From the NCBI RefSeq assembly GCF_006345805.1, contig NC_043005.1:91636001-91700000 (forward strand): a DNA stretch of 64,000 nt, read 5' to 3'. Origin of the DNA: Octopus sinensis (lineage: Eukaryota). Position numbers and translations under genes: made by a program. Positions 22,810 through 38,352 of this stretch are shown piece by piece. Each line of letters begins with the position of its first letter. Positions within the stretch are counted from its first letter, which is position 1. The notes under the pieces are model-generated. The model saw only the letters and a program-made list of their open reading frames with translations, was not told where the DNA came from and made no database searches.

Positions 22810-24459
22810 CTATATATATATATATATATACACACACATATATATATATATACACCTATATAATATATAGATATATATATACACATATATATATATATAC
22901 ACACCACACATATATATATCTATATATTCCACATATATATATATATACACACACACATATATATGTAATATATACACACATATATTATATATATACACAT
23001 ATATATATATATATACACACACATATATATATATATATACACATAATATATACCACATATATATATATATACCCATTATTACACACATATATATATATAT
23101 ATATATACCACACATATATATATATAACATATATACACCACATATATATATATACACATATTATATTATACATATATATACACATATATATATTATACAC
23201 ATATATATATACGTGTATATATATGTGTATATATATATACAATATATACGTAATATATATATGTGTATATATAAATCTATACATATATATATATACATAT
23301 ATATATATACATATATACGTATATATATATATGTGTATATATATATACGTATATATATATGTGTATATATATATTGTGTATATACTATATATATATTGTA
23401 TATATATAATGTGTGTAGATATATATGTGTATTATATATATGTGTGTGTAATAATATATGTGTATATATATATGTTGTATATATATTGTGGTGTAATATA
23501 TAATGTGTATATATATATACGTGTGTAATTATATATGGTGTGTATATATATATGTGTGTAGATATATATAGATGTGTGTATATATCTATGTGTATATATA
23601 TATATATATGTGTATATATATGTGTATATATATATGTGTGTGTTATATGTGTGTATATATATATATATGTGTGTATATTATGTGTGTATATATATATGTG
23701 TATATATATATATGTGTGTATATATATAGTGTGTATATATAGTATGTTATATAATATATGTGTATATATATATGTGTATATATATTATATGTGTATATAT
23801 ATGTGATATATATATATATATGTGTAATATAGGTGTGTATATATATATATGTGTGTATATATATATATATACCTTATATTATGTGTATATATATATATGT
23901 GTGGTAACATATATATAGTATATCACATATATTATGTGTATATATATATGTGTTATAGGTGTAATAGTGTGTGTATATATATATATGTGTGTATATATAT
24001 ATATTATGATATATTATATGTTTGTGTATATATATATATGGTGTGTATATATATATATATGTGTATATATATATTGTGTATATATATATATGTGTGTGTG
24101 TATATGTGTATAGTGTGTGTGTATATATAGCATATGTGTGTAATGGTATTTATATGTGTATAATATATGTGTATATATATATATGTGTGTATATATATAT
24201 GTGTATATATATATATGTGTGTATATATATGATGTTGTAATATGTATGTGTGTGTATATATATATGTGTGTATATGTATAATAGTGTGTGTATATAATAT
24301 TGTGTAATATTATATGGTGTGTATATATATATGTGTATATATGTGTATATATATATGGTGTATATATGTGTATGTATATATATATGTATATTATATATAT
24401 ATATAGTATAATATATATTATATATATATATATGTATAATGTATATATATATATTTGTA

Positions 24460-24491
<32 letters not shown>

Positions 24492-25358
24492 TGTGTATAT
24501 ATATATATAGTGTATATATATATATATATGTATATATATATGTGTATATATATATTATATGTATATCTATATATATGTGTATAATGTTATATATGTGTCA
24601 TATATATATATATTGTAAATATATATATATATGTTTTGTCTATATATATATGTGTATATATATATGTGGTGTAATATGTGTTATATATAATGTGTAATAT
24701 ATATATGTGTATATATATATATGTGTATATTGTGTATATATATATAGTTTATGTATATATATGTATTGTGTCTATATATATTTGTATTTATTATTATATA
24801 TAATGTGTGTATAATATATATGTGTGTATTATTATATATATATGTGTGTATATATATATGTTGTATATATATATATATGCATACAGTATATATTATATAT
24901 GTGTATATATATATATATATATATGTTGTATATATATATGTCATATTTATGTGTATATATATATGTGGGGGATATATATATATATACTATATGTGTGATA
25001 TATAATATATATAAGATATATATATAGTGTGTGTTATATATATATATATATATAATGTGTGTGTATATATATATATAATATATATATATGTGTGTGTATA
25101 ATATATATATATATATATATATTATATGTGTGTATATATATAGTATATATATATATAATATGTGTGTGTATATATATATATATTATATATACTATATAGT
25201 GTGTATATATATATATATATATATAATATATATATATATGTGTGGTATATATATATATATATGTGTGTATATATATATATATATATTGTGTGTAATATAT
25301 ATATATATATGTGTGTGTTATATATATATATATTATGTGTGTATATATATATATATAG

Positions 25359-25414
<56 letters not shown>

Positions 25415-25521
25415 GTGTGTATATATTATATAGTGTGGTATATATATATATATATATATCATATATATATGTGTATATATATATATATATCGTATGTGTG
25501 TGTATATAATAATATATATAA

Positions 25522-25552
<31 letters not shown>

Positions 25553-25808
25553 CTGGTGTGTGTATATATACTATATATATATATGTGTGTATTATATATA
25601 TAATATATATATATATGTGTATATATATATATATGTGTATATATATATATATATGTGTATATATATATATAATATATAATATATGTTATGTATATAATAT
25701 ATATTATATTATGTGTATATATATATGTGTGTAATATATAATATGTGTATTATATATATGTGTTATATATATATGTGTATATATATATATGTGTATATTA
25801 TATTAGTG

Positions 25809-25842
<34 letters not shown>

Positions 25843-26177
25843 TATATATATATATATGTGTATATATTATACGTATAGTGTGGTGTATATATATATATGT
25901 GTATATATATTATATGTATTATATATATATTATACTGTGTTATATAATATATATATATATATATATTATATATGCTAATATATATATATATATTATGTGA
26001 TATAAATATATATAATAATATATATGTTTGTTAATATATATATCTTATATGTGGTATAATATATATATATATATATATATGTGTATATATATATTATATG
26101 TAGTATATATATATATTATATATATATATATGTATATACTATATATATATATATGTGTATATATATATATATATATC

Positions 26178-26208
<31 letters not shown>

Positions 26209-28811
26209 GTGTATTATATATATAGGCGGTGCTCCAGCATCGCCGCAGTCAAAAATGACTGAAACAAGTAAAAGAGTATATATCATATATATACATATAT
26301 ATACTATATCTATTTTATACATATATATATTATACAATATACTATATAAATATTTATACATATATAATACATATATAATATATATATATATATATATAAT
26401 ATAGATATATATATATATAGTATATATATACACATAGATATATATATATAATATATATATATATACACATATATATAGATATATATATATATACAACACA
26501 TATATATATATATACACACTATATATTATATATATAGACATATATATACACATATATATATATACCACACACATATATATATATCTATATATAACACACA
26601 TATATATATATACACAACACATATATATGTATATATTACACACATATATATAATATATACACATTATATATATATATACACACATATATATATATATACA
26701 CATATATATACACACATATATATATATACACATATATATACACACATATATATATATATATATATACACACACATATATATATCTACATATAACACACAA
26801 CATAATATATATACACATATATATACATATATATATCACATATATATATATATACACATATATATTACGTGTATATATATGTGTATATATATATATATAT
26901 ACGATATATATATGTGTATATATAATATATACATATATATATATACATATATATATATACATATATACGTATATATATATATGTGTATATATATATACGT
27001 ATATATATGTGTATATATATATGTGTGTATATATATATATGTGTATATATATATGTGTATATATATATGTGTATATATATATATGTGTGTGTATATATAT
27101 ATGTGTATATATATATGTGTATATATATATGTGTGTATATATATATGTGTATATATATATACGTGTGTATTTATATATGTGTGTATATATATATGTGTGT
27201 ATATATATATATGTGTGTATATATATATGTGTATATATATATATATATGTGTATATATATGTGTATATATATATGTGTGTGTATATATGTGTGTATATAT
27301 ATATATATGTGTGTATATATATGTGTGTATATATATGTGTATATATATATATATGTGTGTATATATATATGTGTGTATATATATATGTGTATATATATAT
27401 ATGTGTATATATATATGTGTATATATATATATGTGTATATATATGTGTATATATATATATGTGTATATATATGTGTATATATATATATGTGTGTATATAT
27501 ATATATATACACATATATATATGTGTATATATATATGTGTGTATATCTATATATATATACACATATATATATGTGTTATATATATATGTGTATATGTATA
27601 TGTGTATATATATATATGTGTATATAATATATATATCTATATATGGTGTATATATATATATGTGTGTATATATATATATGTGTATATATCTATGTTGTAT
27701 ATATATATATGTGTGTGTATATATATATGTGTGTGTATATATATATATGTGTGTATATGTATGTATATAGATGTGTATATATATATATGTGTGTATATAT
27801 ATATGTGTATATATTATATGTGTGTATATATATTTGTATTATATGGGGTGGTATATATATATATGTGTGTATATGTATATATGTGTGTATATATATATGT
27901 GTGTATTATATATATAGGTGTATATATATATGTGTATATATGTATATATATATGTGTATATATGTGTGTATATATATATATGTGTGTATATATATGTGTG
28001 TATATATATTGTATATATCTATATATGTGTGTATATATATTGTGTGTATATATATATGTGTATATATATATATATGTGTATAATATATGTGTATATATAT
28101 ATATGTGTATATATATGTGTATATATATATATGTGTATATATATGTGTATATATATATATGTGTGTATATTATATATATACACATATATATATGTGTATA
28201 TATATATTGATGTGTATATATATATATATACCATATATATGGTATATATATATATGTGTATATGTATATATGTGTATATATAATATATGTGTATATTATA
28301 TATTATATATATTATATGTGTGTATATATATATATGTGTGTATATATATATATATGTGTATATATATATGTGTATATATATATATGTGTGTGTATATATA
28401 TATATGTGTGTGTATATATATATATGTGTGTATATGTATATATATATGTGTATATATATATATGTGTGTATATATATATGTGTATATATATATATGTGTG
28501 TATATATATATGTGTATATATATGTGTGTGTATATATATATATGTGTGTATATGTATATATATGTGTGTATATATATATGTGTGTATATATATATATGTG
28601 TGTATATATATATGTGTATATATGTATATATATATGTGTTAATGTGTATGTATATATATATGTATATATATATATATAATATGTATATTATGGTATATAT
28701 ATATATGTAATATATATATATGTGTATATATATATATATATATGTATTATATATATATGTGTATATATATATATATGTGTATATATATATATATATGTAT
28801 ATATATATGTG

Positions 28812-28842
<31 letters not shown>

Positions 28843-29600
28843 TGTATATATATATATGTGTATATATATATATATTATATTATATATATGTGTATATATA
28901 TATATATGTGTATATATATGTGTGTAATAGTGTATATATATATGTGTATAATATATGTGTTATATATGATTTGTGTAATGTGTATATATTATGTGTATAT
29001 ATATATGTGTATATGTGTATATATAGGTGTATGTATATATATATATGTGTGTATATATATATGTGTGTATATATATATATATATGTGTGTATATATATAT
29101 GTGTGTATATATATATATATGCATACAGTATATATTATATATGTGTATATATATATATATATATATGTTGTATATATATATGTCATATTTATGTGTATAT
29201 ATATATGTGGGGGATATATATATATATACTATATGTGTGATATATAATATATATAAGATATATATATAGTGTGTGTTATATATATATATATATATAATGT
29301 GTGTGTATATATATATATAATATATATATATGTGTGTGTATAATATATATATATATATATATATTATATGTGTGTATATATATAGTATATATATATATAA
29401 TATGTGTGTGTATATATATATATATTATATATACTATATAGTGTGTATATATATATATATATATATAATATATATATATATGTGTGGTATATATATATAT
29501 ATATGTGTGTATATATATATATATATATTGTGTGTAATATATATATATATATGTGTGTGTTATATATATATATATTATGTGTGTATATATATATATATAG

Positions 29601-29656
<56 letters not shown>

Positions 29657-29763
29657 GTGTGTATATATTATATAGTGTGGTATATATATATATATATATA
29701 TCATATATATATGTGTATATATATATATATATCGTATGTGTGTGTATATAATAATATATATAA

Positions 29764-29794
<31 letters not shown>

Positions 29795-30050
29795 CTGGTG
29801 TGTGTATATATACTATATATATATATGTGTGTATTATATATATAATATATATATATATGTGTATATATATATATATGTGTATATATATATATATATGTGT
29901 ATATATATATATAATATATAATATATGTTATGTATATAATATATATTATATTATGTGTATATATATATGTGTGTAATATATAATATGTGTATTATATATA
30001 TGTGTTATATATATATGTGTATATATATATATGTGTATATTATATTAGTG

Positions 30051-30084
<34 letters not shown>

Positions 30085-30419
30085 TATATATATATATATG
30101 TGTATATATTATACGTATAGTGTGGTGTATATATATATATGTGTATATATATTATATGTATTATATATATATTATACTGTGTTATATAATATATATATAT
30201 ATATATATTATATATGCTAATATATATATATATATTATGTGATATAAATATATATAATAATATATATGTTTGTTAATATATATATCTTATATGTGGTATA
30301 ATATATATATATATATATATATGTGTATATATATATTATATGTAGTATATATATATATTATATATATATATATGTATATACTATATATATATATATGTGT
30401 ATATATATATATATATATC

Positions 30420-30450
<31 letters not shown>

Positions 30451-30665
30451 GTGTATTATATATATAGGCGGTGCTCCAGCATCGCCGCAGTCAAAAATGA
30501 CTGAAACAAGTAAAAGAGTATATATCATATATATACATATATATACTATATCTATTTTATACATATATATATTATACAATATACTATATAAATATTTATA
30601 CATATATATACATATATATATATACATATATATACATTATATATATACTATAGACTATATATATA

Positions 30666-30698
<33 letters not shown>

Positions 30699-30853
30699 CT
30701 ATATATACATATATAATACATATATATATACATATACTACATATATATATATACATACATATATATACATATACATATAATATATAATATAATATATATA
30801 CATATATATACATATATATATACATATATATACACACATATATATACATATAT

Positions 30854-30901
<48 letters not shown>

Positions 30902-31648
30902 TATATATGCACACCACACACACATGTGCATATGTACTTGTATTTGTATGTCTGTATATATGTGTATGTATATATGAATAAACGTATATGTTTGTAGTTA
31001 TGACATAATTTGAGATATATTTTTTAATTACAGTAAAAGGTTTTTCATTTTGTGATAATGTTTACTTAATTGTAATTATTTTGATTAAATTTACTTTTTT
31101 TTGTAAACATTTTTTTGTTATTAATTAAATTTTTTTTCTATGGATAATTCTTTAAGGCTATTTCAACATCACCTTCGTATGACATGTCAAACACTTAAAA
31201 CAAAGTTCTTGTGATTGATTGGAAATAAATTGAATTTCTTTTTTTTTTAATTTAGAAGTGAAGCATTCTGATGTCCTGTGACTGACAATTTGAGTGTTGT
31301 TGATCAAATTCTATTCATGAATTACATAAATCACATTATTAAAAGTGATGTTATTATCAAATATAAAATGTGTGCTTGTCAGTATGTTTAAAGCAGTGGA
31401 CTGGCATACAAATGTCTTATTGAATATTTCTATTTTATTGTTCTTTGCTTATTCTACTAGAATATCGATTTTCTTTTATCTTATCCTTTTACTAAATGAA
31501 CACTTCCTATTTCTTAAAGTATATTTGAAACTAATACAACACTTATAGAGATTTTTCCCTCTTGTATCAATTTAAATTATATTTTTAATTTTGATTCAGT
31601 ACTTGTTTTGCCAGATTTACTACTGTTGAAAATTCTCATAACTTCAGT

Positions 31649-31897
31649 TTCTTTACTACCCACAAGCAAAGGAGGTAAACACAAGGAGCTAAACACAGAG
31701 GGGACAAACAAAGACAGACAAACGGATTAAGTCGATTACATCGACCCCAGTGCGTAATTGGTACTTAATTTATCGACCCCGAAATGATGAAAGGCAAAGT
31801 CGACCTCGGCGGAATTTGAACTCAGAACGTAATGGCAGACGAAATACGGCTACACATTTTGCCTGGCGTGCTAATGTTTCTGCCAGCTCGTCGCCTT
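31649..31897 (-). mobile_element. SINE family B
   Basis: Reverse complement of the 14489 family; 16 bp TSD TTCTCATAACTTCAGT at 31633-31648 and 31902-31917. Confidence 0.9.
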
Positions 31898-33264
31898 CAA
31901 GTTCTCATAACTTCAGTATAACAAGCTGTTCCATTACATATGACATGCCATTGATGGACACCACTTCCAGCTATCTACAATAACTTCAGTTTCATCATAT
32001 AATGTACTGCCTGGTAGCTTGTATGAATGGGGTTCCTCACATACCTTTATCTCAAGATTACCCGGCTAGAATATTGTTTTATAACTAACATGATCCATTT
32101 TTTATGAACATGTACATTTTCTGGTTACTAAAACATAAAAAAAACGGCATCTTTATCCCTTTATCTTTCTTGTGTTTTACATGTAGTACACAGGACATAT
32201 TTCCCTGGTGTCTGTGCATTATATATGATACACATTCATAATTTTTTCAATTGTGAGTGTGACTTGGGATTTATGAATGGAAAACAAGGGCTATTTAAAA
32301 GTCTGAAAACAAACAATGATGTTTAGGACAAACTACCGAAAATGTTTTGGACAGGTTAAATGTCTCTTCACTTCTCATTTGTTTCTTCTATTAGATGAAC
32401 TGTTGTTTCTCAATGAGATTAACATGCATATCACTAACGAGTTTATAAAATAGGAAAAAAACAAACAAATAAATAAAACAAATGGAAAAACCTTACTGTT
32501 ATACTTCTACTTTATATGTTTTATGTTGTTTGTAAATATGTTTTAGTAGGAAGACTAACTTTGGGATCCACATTATTTCTTTCAGTAATATTAGCATGTC
32601 TTGGTGTTTCTATTGATTGAGCTTTGGATCACAGTAATCCACATTTTAGTAATCCCTTCATGTTAACTGAACATTTTGTTAAAACTAGTTTCATTTTAGA
32701 ACAACAGAACAATTTTTTTTTTTGTGGAAAGTTGATATTGATTTGTAAGAGAAATATTTTATCTTGAGTTTTTATAGCGTTAAGCAGATAATGCACAATT
32801 CCTCCCTTGGGTAAATCAGTCAGTTATCTTTTACAAGTTAATTGATCGAAATCTATTTAAGTGAGTTGACTAAGAATACACAGCATAATGTAACTCTAGC
32901 AACAAACAAGGAGTTCATTATATCAAATGATGCTAAGAAGCTTGTATATTTATACCTAATTATTTGATGTGTCTAAATTCCAAGTTTCTAATGATTAGAA
33001 ATAGGTTAGAAATTTTTAGAAATTGTAATATAACAAAATGTATGGACAAGGAATTTTAATTTAATTTTTTAATGAAATATTCCACAGACTTAACAAAGTT
33101 ATTTATTAATCTGTTTAAACTGTTTTCTTTTTTTCTTTTTTTTTTATAATCTGTTTAAACTGTTTTCTTTTTTTCTTTTTTTTTTATCTGGTATTGAAAT
33201 AGTAAGGGAATATAGTTTAGTCTATGAACAACTGAATAAAGACTGTTTCATGTGTTCTCTCTAT

Positions 33265-33515
33265 TCATCATCGTTTAACGTCCGTTTTCCATGCTAGCAT
33301 GGGTTGGACAATTTGACTGAGGGCTGGTGAATCAGATGGCTGCACCAGGCTCCAGTCTTGATCTGGTAGAGTTTCTACAGCTGGATGCACTTCCTAACGC
33401 CAACCACTCCGAGAGTGTAGTGGGTGCTTTTACATGCCACTGGCACGAGGGCCAGTCAGGTGGTACTGGCAACAGCCACACTCAAGTAGTGTTTTTTACG
33501 TACCACCTGCATGGA
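33265..33515 (-). mobile_element. Family C (RTE tail) copy
   Basis: Family motifs present. Confidence 0.85.
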
Positions 33516-33794
33516 AACTGAAATTAGCCATGCGGGTTATTCATTTTTTTCTTATATTTATTATTCAGGATAAATTATCGAATTATCTTTTACCTAATAT
33601 TGGCTAAAAAATTCGCTCAGTCAAAGGATAAGGTTTTTAAAAATTCTGTTGTTTGGCTACTGATGTTTGATGAAAGTAATATTTATAAATTTCATTCCAT
33701 TTTTATGTGCTGATACTTTTAAATGACAGCAAGTAAAATTTTAAGAGTCTTTAAGTCATTTGTGGAGACCTATTGCTTTGTGTATAGTTATGCA

Positions 33795-34515
33795 TGGTTA
33801 TGACTGTGCAGTTAAGAAACTTGCTTTGCAACCACATGGTCTCAGGTTCAGTTCCACTGTATGGTATCTTGGATTAGTGTCTTCTATTATAGCTCCATGC
33901 TGACCAAACACTTGCGAGTGAATTTGATTGACAAAAACTGTGAAAGTTCATTTGTCTGTATGTGTGCATGTGTATTTGTATGTGTGTATGTTTATGTGTG
34001 TATGTTTTCCTCACCCACTGCTTGACAACTGCTGTTTATTTACATTTTCATAACTTAGCAGTTACTCTTTTTTTTTGTACTTGTTTCAGTCATGTGACTG
34101 CGGCCATGCTGGAGCACCGCCTTTAGTCGAGCAAATCGACCCCAGGACTTGTTCTTTGTAAGCCTAGTACTTATTCTATCGTGAATACACCAGCATCGGC
34201 TGTCAAGCGATGTTTGGGGGACAAGCACAGACACACAAACATATATTTATATACATATATATGACGAGCTTCTTTCAGTTTCCGTCTACCAAATCCACTC
34301 ACTAGGCTTTGGTTGGCCTGAGGCTATAGTAGAAAACACTTGCCCAAGGTGCCACGCAGTGTGATTGAACCTGGAACCATGTGGTTAGTAAGCAAGCTAC
34401 TTACCACACAGCCTCTTCTGCTGAGAATAAGTACTGGACTTAAAAAATAATAACTCTCCTAGGCAGTGCCCCAGCATGGCTGCAGTTCAGTGACTAAATC
34501 AAGTAATAGATAAAG
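33795..34515. mobile_element. Nested SINE family A: minus copy (~34065-34420) inside an older plus copy
   Basis: The plus copy breaks at cttagcagtt and resumes at gagaataagtact after an inverted family A copy. Confidence 0.8.
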
Positions 34516-36344
34516 TATATATGTAATTATATACATACATATATATATAAATATATATATATATTTACACACACACACACCACACACACACACACACACA
34601 CACGTACTTATCTAATTTGGTTGTTGCTTTATTGTTATTAAATATTTACTGCATTATCCATTACTGGAAGTCCTCTGAGAACTAATTTGTAAGGATATGA
34701 TGTGGAAACTGGCTTGCATCAGTTGCTTTTTATTGCTGACCATTGCTTACACTGTGTGTGTGTGTGTGTATGCATGTATGTGTGTGTGTGTAAGCCATTA
34801 AACATTGATAAAAATGGAATGAAAGGACTAATAACAGATTGAAATGATTTGACACGAAGAACCAAACCCACTTGAAAGAAAGTGATATTTCAGACTAGAC
34901 TTTTGCTAATTGCGAGGGATAGAAAATTAAAGCCCAACGTTTCTAATATCTATCATGAAACTTATTGGGCTGTCCGAATATTAGCCAGGCGAACTTCTGA
35001 TTAATAATTTAATTATAGATGTCAATTGCTTCATCATTTCTCACTTTATCTGATTCTCTCTCCTTGTCTCTTATCTTGCTCTCGCTACCCCCCCCCATTC
35101 CCTCTCAAACAATATTTAATCAGTGACGTTTTAGTATTGTTTAAATTCACTCAGGCTTTTTATTGTAGCTTCAGTTTTAAAAAGGATTTGATAACAAACT
35201 CACTCTTGTGTTCCGGGGGGGGGGGGGAAATGTCGGCTTGCCAATCCAGTGAGTGATTTATGAAGAAGAAAAAGAAACAGATGTGCCCCCACCTACATCC
35301 ATTGTAATTCAAATGATAGCTTTTAAGCCATTGCACAAAAATAAAAAGAAGTGCATTCTTAAGTTGTTTTGAAAGTTCATCATAGATAAAGGTGATGGAG
35401 AAAACCCCACCTCCACATTTGTAGACTATTAAAATAAAATGATGGGGAATTGATTTTTTTCAACCAGAATTCATATCACAAATAACAGTCCACCATTATA
35501 TGATAGCAGTGTGTCATGATTTGAATTGTTGATTTTTGTTAGTATGAAACCTTGGTTTCTAGAAAGTTAATATAAATTCTATTAAAAAGTATACACATAT
35601 ATTTGTTGTTTTTATTTGCCAATTTTCAGCTCAAATTTTTTCAGTAAGCACATATTTCAAGTCACTACATGTTAGCAGTATAATGTCAAACATTGTTCCA
35701 CATGACAATATTAGTAAAAAAAAAAAAAAGAGAGATAGAGAAAGAGGGAGAAAATTATTTATAAATTCTGTTGACAAAAAAGTTAAATGAATTGTAAAAA
35801 CTAATGCATTAGTTATTAAATCCGTTTTCCATGCTAGCATGGGTTGATATAAATTTCATGTATGCTGTGAATATCTTTTTTATGTAGGATCATACAGTGA
35901 ATGGAAATTGTTCATGAGAAACTATAAAATTCTCATTCATAGATTCAAGAATGTTACAAATGCAACATTAAAATATATAATTTTAGGTTTTAATATATAA
36001 TTATAGGTTTTTGATTTAATTTCTGTTTACACACAGTTCTTTTAATTGTAACCTTTTAAAAGATTTAAAACTGGGTAAGTCTATAATTAGGAATAATTTT
36101 TTTTAGAATGGTGGATCTTGAAGCAAATAAAGCTATAATTAATAGCTTGTAAATATTGGGTTAAAAAACCTTTTGAATAGAAAAAGTTGAAGGCTTCTCA
36201 TGGGACATCAGTAATTTGAAATTAAAACTAGTAAAGAGTCATACATTCAGAAGAGTTTGAGAATTACAAGGGGTTTAACAAACCAACTTCATCAAGTCAA
36301 TTCCTTAAAGGCAAGTGATAATTTGGAGCTATTTTGTGAATGGA

Positions 36345-36605
36345 ATCATCATCATCATTTAACATCCGCTTTCCATACTAGCATGGGTTGGACGAGTTGA
36401 CTGAGGGCTGGCAAACCAGATGGCCACACCAGACTCCAATCTTGATCTGGCAGAGTTTCTACAGCTGGATGCCCTTCCTAATGCCAACCATTCCAAGAGT
36501 GTAGTGGGTGCTTTTACGTGCCACCGACATGAGGGCCAGTTTGGTGGTACTGGCAACGACCTTGCTCAAATCTTCAGCACATGCCACCAGCACAGGTGCC
36601 AGTAA
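36345..36605 (-). mobile_element. Family C (RTE tail) copy
   Basis: Family motifs present. Confidence 0.85.
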
Positions 36606-37334
36606 GGAATGTAATCAATAAATGCACAGCATGTGAAGCAGGATGTCTAGTAGTTCTTCAGACATGTCTCAAAGGCTAATTTATTACTATCTAAGGTAGG
36701 AGCCAAACTCTGTTACTTTGGTGATCTAACATATACTGGGTTCATAACAACTTCATGCAAAGTATTTCTTTAGTTAGCAGATAAATTGTAATGTATTAGA
36801 CCAAGTGAGATTTAAGCAGTGAAAGCAGGGGACTGGCAGGGAGACAAGTTCTGTATGATGACCTGTTGAATATGTAAAGGGAATCCAAGAGAGAAACTCT
36901 GTTATGCAACTGTTTCAGTGTTTACGCAAACAACATACATTATAAGCTTTTTAAAGTTGGGAGCACCTTTACAGAAAGAAAGGAAAAAAGGGTTCACTTT
37001 GCTGGTTACTGCTTAAAAATGATTATCATTTAATGCCCATTTTTCATGCTGGTCTGGGTTGGATGGCTTGACAGGTGCTGGCAAGGCCAGAGGCCACACC
37101 AAGTTCCATAGTCTGTTTTGCTTGGTTTCTACAGCTGGATGCACTTCCTAATGCCAACCATTTTACAGTAGGCTTTTTACATGACAGAAATTGTAGAGCA
37201 GTGTGGGACAGAGATGTTGAGGGCAAAAATCTTGTCATGAAGTGATGGGTAGAGAAAATAATAGGAACTCAAAAGTTAGGTGGATAATGATATTCTTTAA
37301 TATAAGAAATCAAACCAATGGTGATATAATTCTT

Positions 37335-37547
37335 TTACTTTCTTTCATTCTATTACTTGTTTCAGTCATTTGACTGTGGCCATGCTGGAGCACTGCCTTG
37401 AAGGGTTTTAGTTGAACAAATTGACCTCGGGACTTTAAAAAATTTTTTTTAAGTGTAGTACTTATTCTATCGGTCTGTTTTGCTGAACTGTAAACACACC
37501 AGCACTTGTTGTCAAGTGATGATGGGGGCACAAACACAAACACAGAG

Positions 37548-37598
<51 letters not shown>

Positions 37599-37770
37599 TA
37601 TTTATACATATATATGGCTTATTTTAGTTTCTGTCTTCCAGATCCACTCACAAAGCTGTGGTCAGCCTGAGGCTTTAGTAGAAGACATTTGCCCAAGGTG
37701 CCATGCAATAGGAATGAACCTGGAACCATGTGGTTAGGAAGCAATCTTCTTACCACACATCCACACCTGC
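37335..37770 (-). mobile_element. SINE family A
   Basis: Head and tail motifs with internal (CA)n. Confidence 0.85.
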
Positions 37771-37975
37771 ACCTAGTGATAGCAATTCTTAAAAAAAAAA
37801 AATAGGTGTTGTCAAGTTTGAATAATGCAAATGTTGCCAGTTATGATGAATTTTTATCATTGTAAAATTTAGTTTTATTTTATCAAAAACAAAAAAAAAA
37901 TCCTTAAAATTTATCTGTAATTTTGTCTTTGTTACAAGAACGGTAACCATAGGTAAGTAGCTTTATATTCTAGAG

Positions 37976-38352
37976 GTTGTTGTTGGCACTCCGTAAGTTA
38001 TGACGACGAGGGTTCCAGTTGATCCAATCAACGGAAAAGCCTGCTCGTGAAATTAATGTGGAAGTGGCTGAGCACTCCACAGACACATGTACCCTTAACG
38101 TAGTTCTCAGGGAGATTCAGCATGATACAGAGTGTGATAAGACTGGCCCTTTGAAATACAGGTACAGCTGAAATAGAAAGAGAAAGTTGTGGTGAAAGAG
38201 TACAGCAGGGTTCACCACCACCCCTTGGCAGAGCCTCGTGGAGCTTTAGGTGTTTTCGCTCAATAAACACTCACAACACCCAGTCTGGGAATCGAAACCA
38301 CAATCCTACAACCACGAGTCCGCTGCCCTAACCACTGGACCATTGCGCCTCC
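37976..38352 (-). mobile_element. tRNA-derived SINE, family D, full length
   Basis: Minus head GGAGGCGCAATGGTCCAGTGGTTAGGGC..GGTTTCGATTCC (A/B boxes), (CAA)n tail, TSD ATTCTAGA at 37967-37974 / 38355-38362. Confidence 0.85.

Larger units (their letters stand above)
21015..30990. repeat. ~10 kb (TA)/(CA)/(TG) low-complexity block with a few embedded TE pieces
   Basis: Direct inspection; it is the source of most spurious ORFs. Confidence 0.97.

Noticed and set aside
7758-30931. Dozens of long ORFs rich in [12 protein letters not shown] (for example 443 aa at 26879-28210 and 273 aa at 8643-9464)
   Set aside because: They are translations of stop-poor (TA)/(CA)/(TG) microsatellites.
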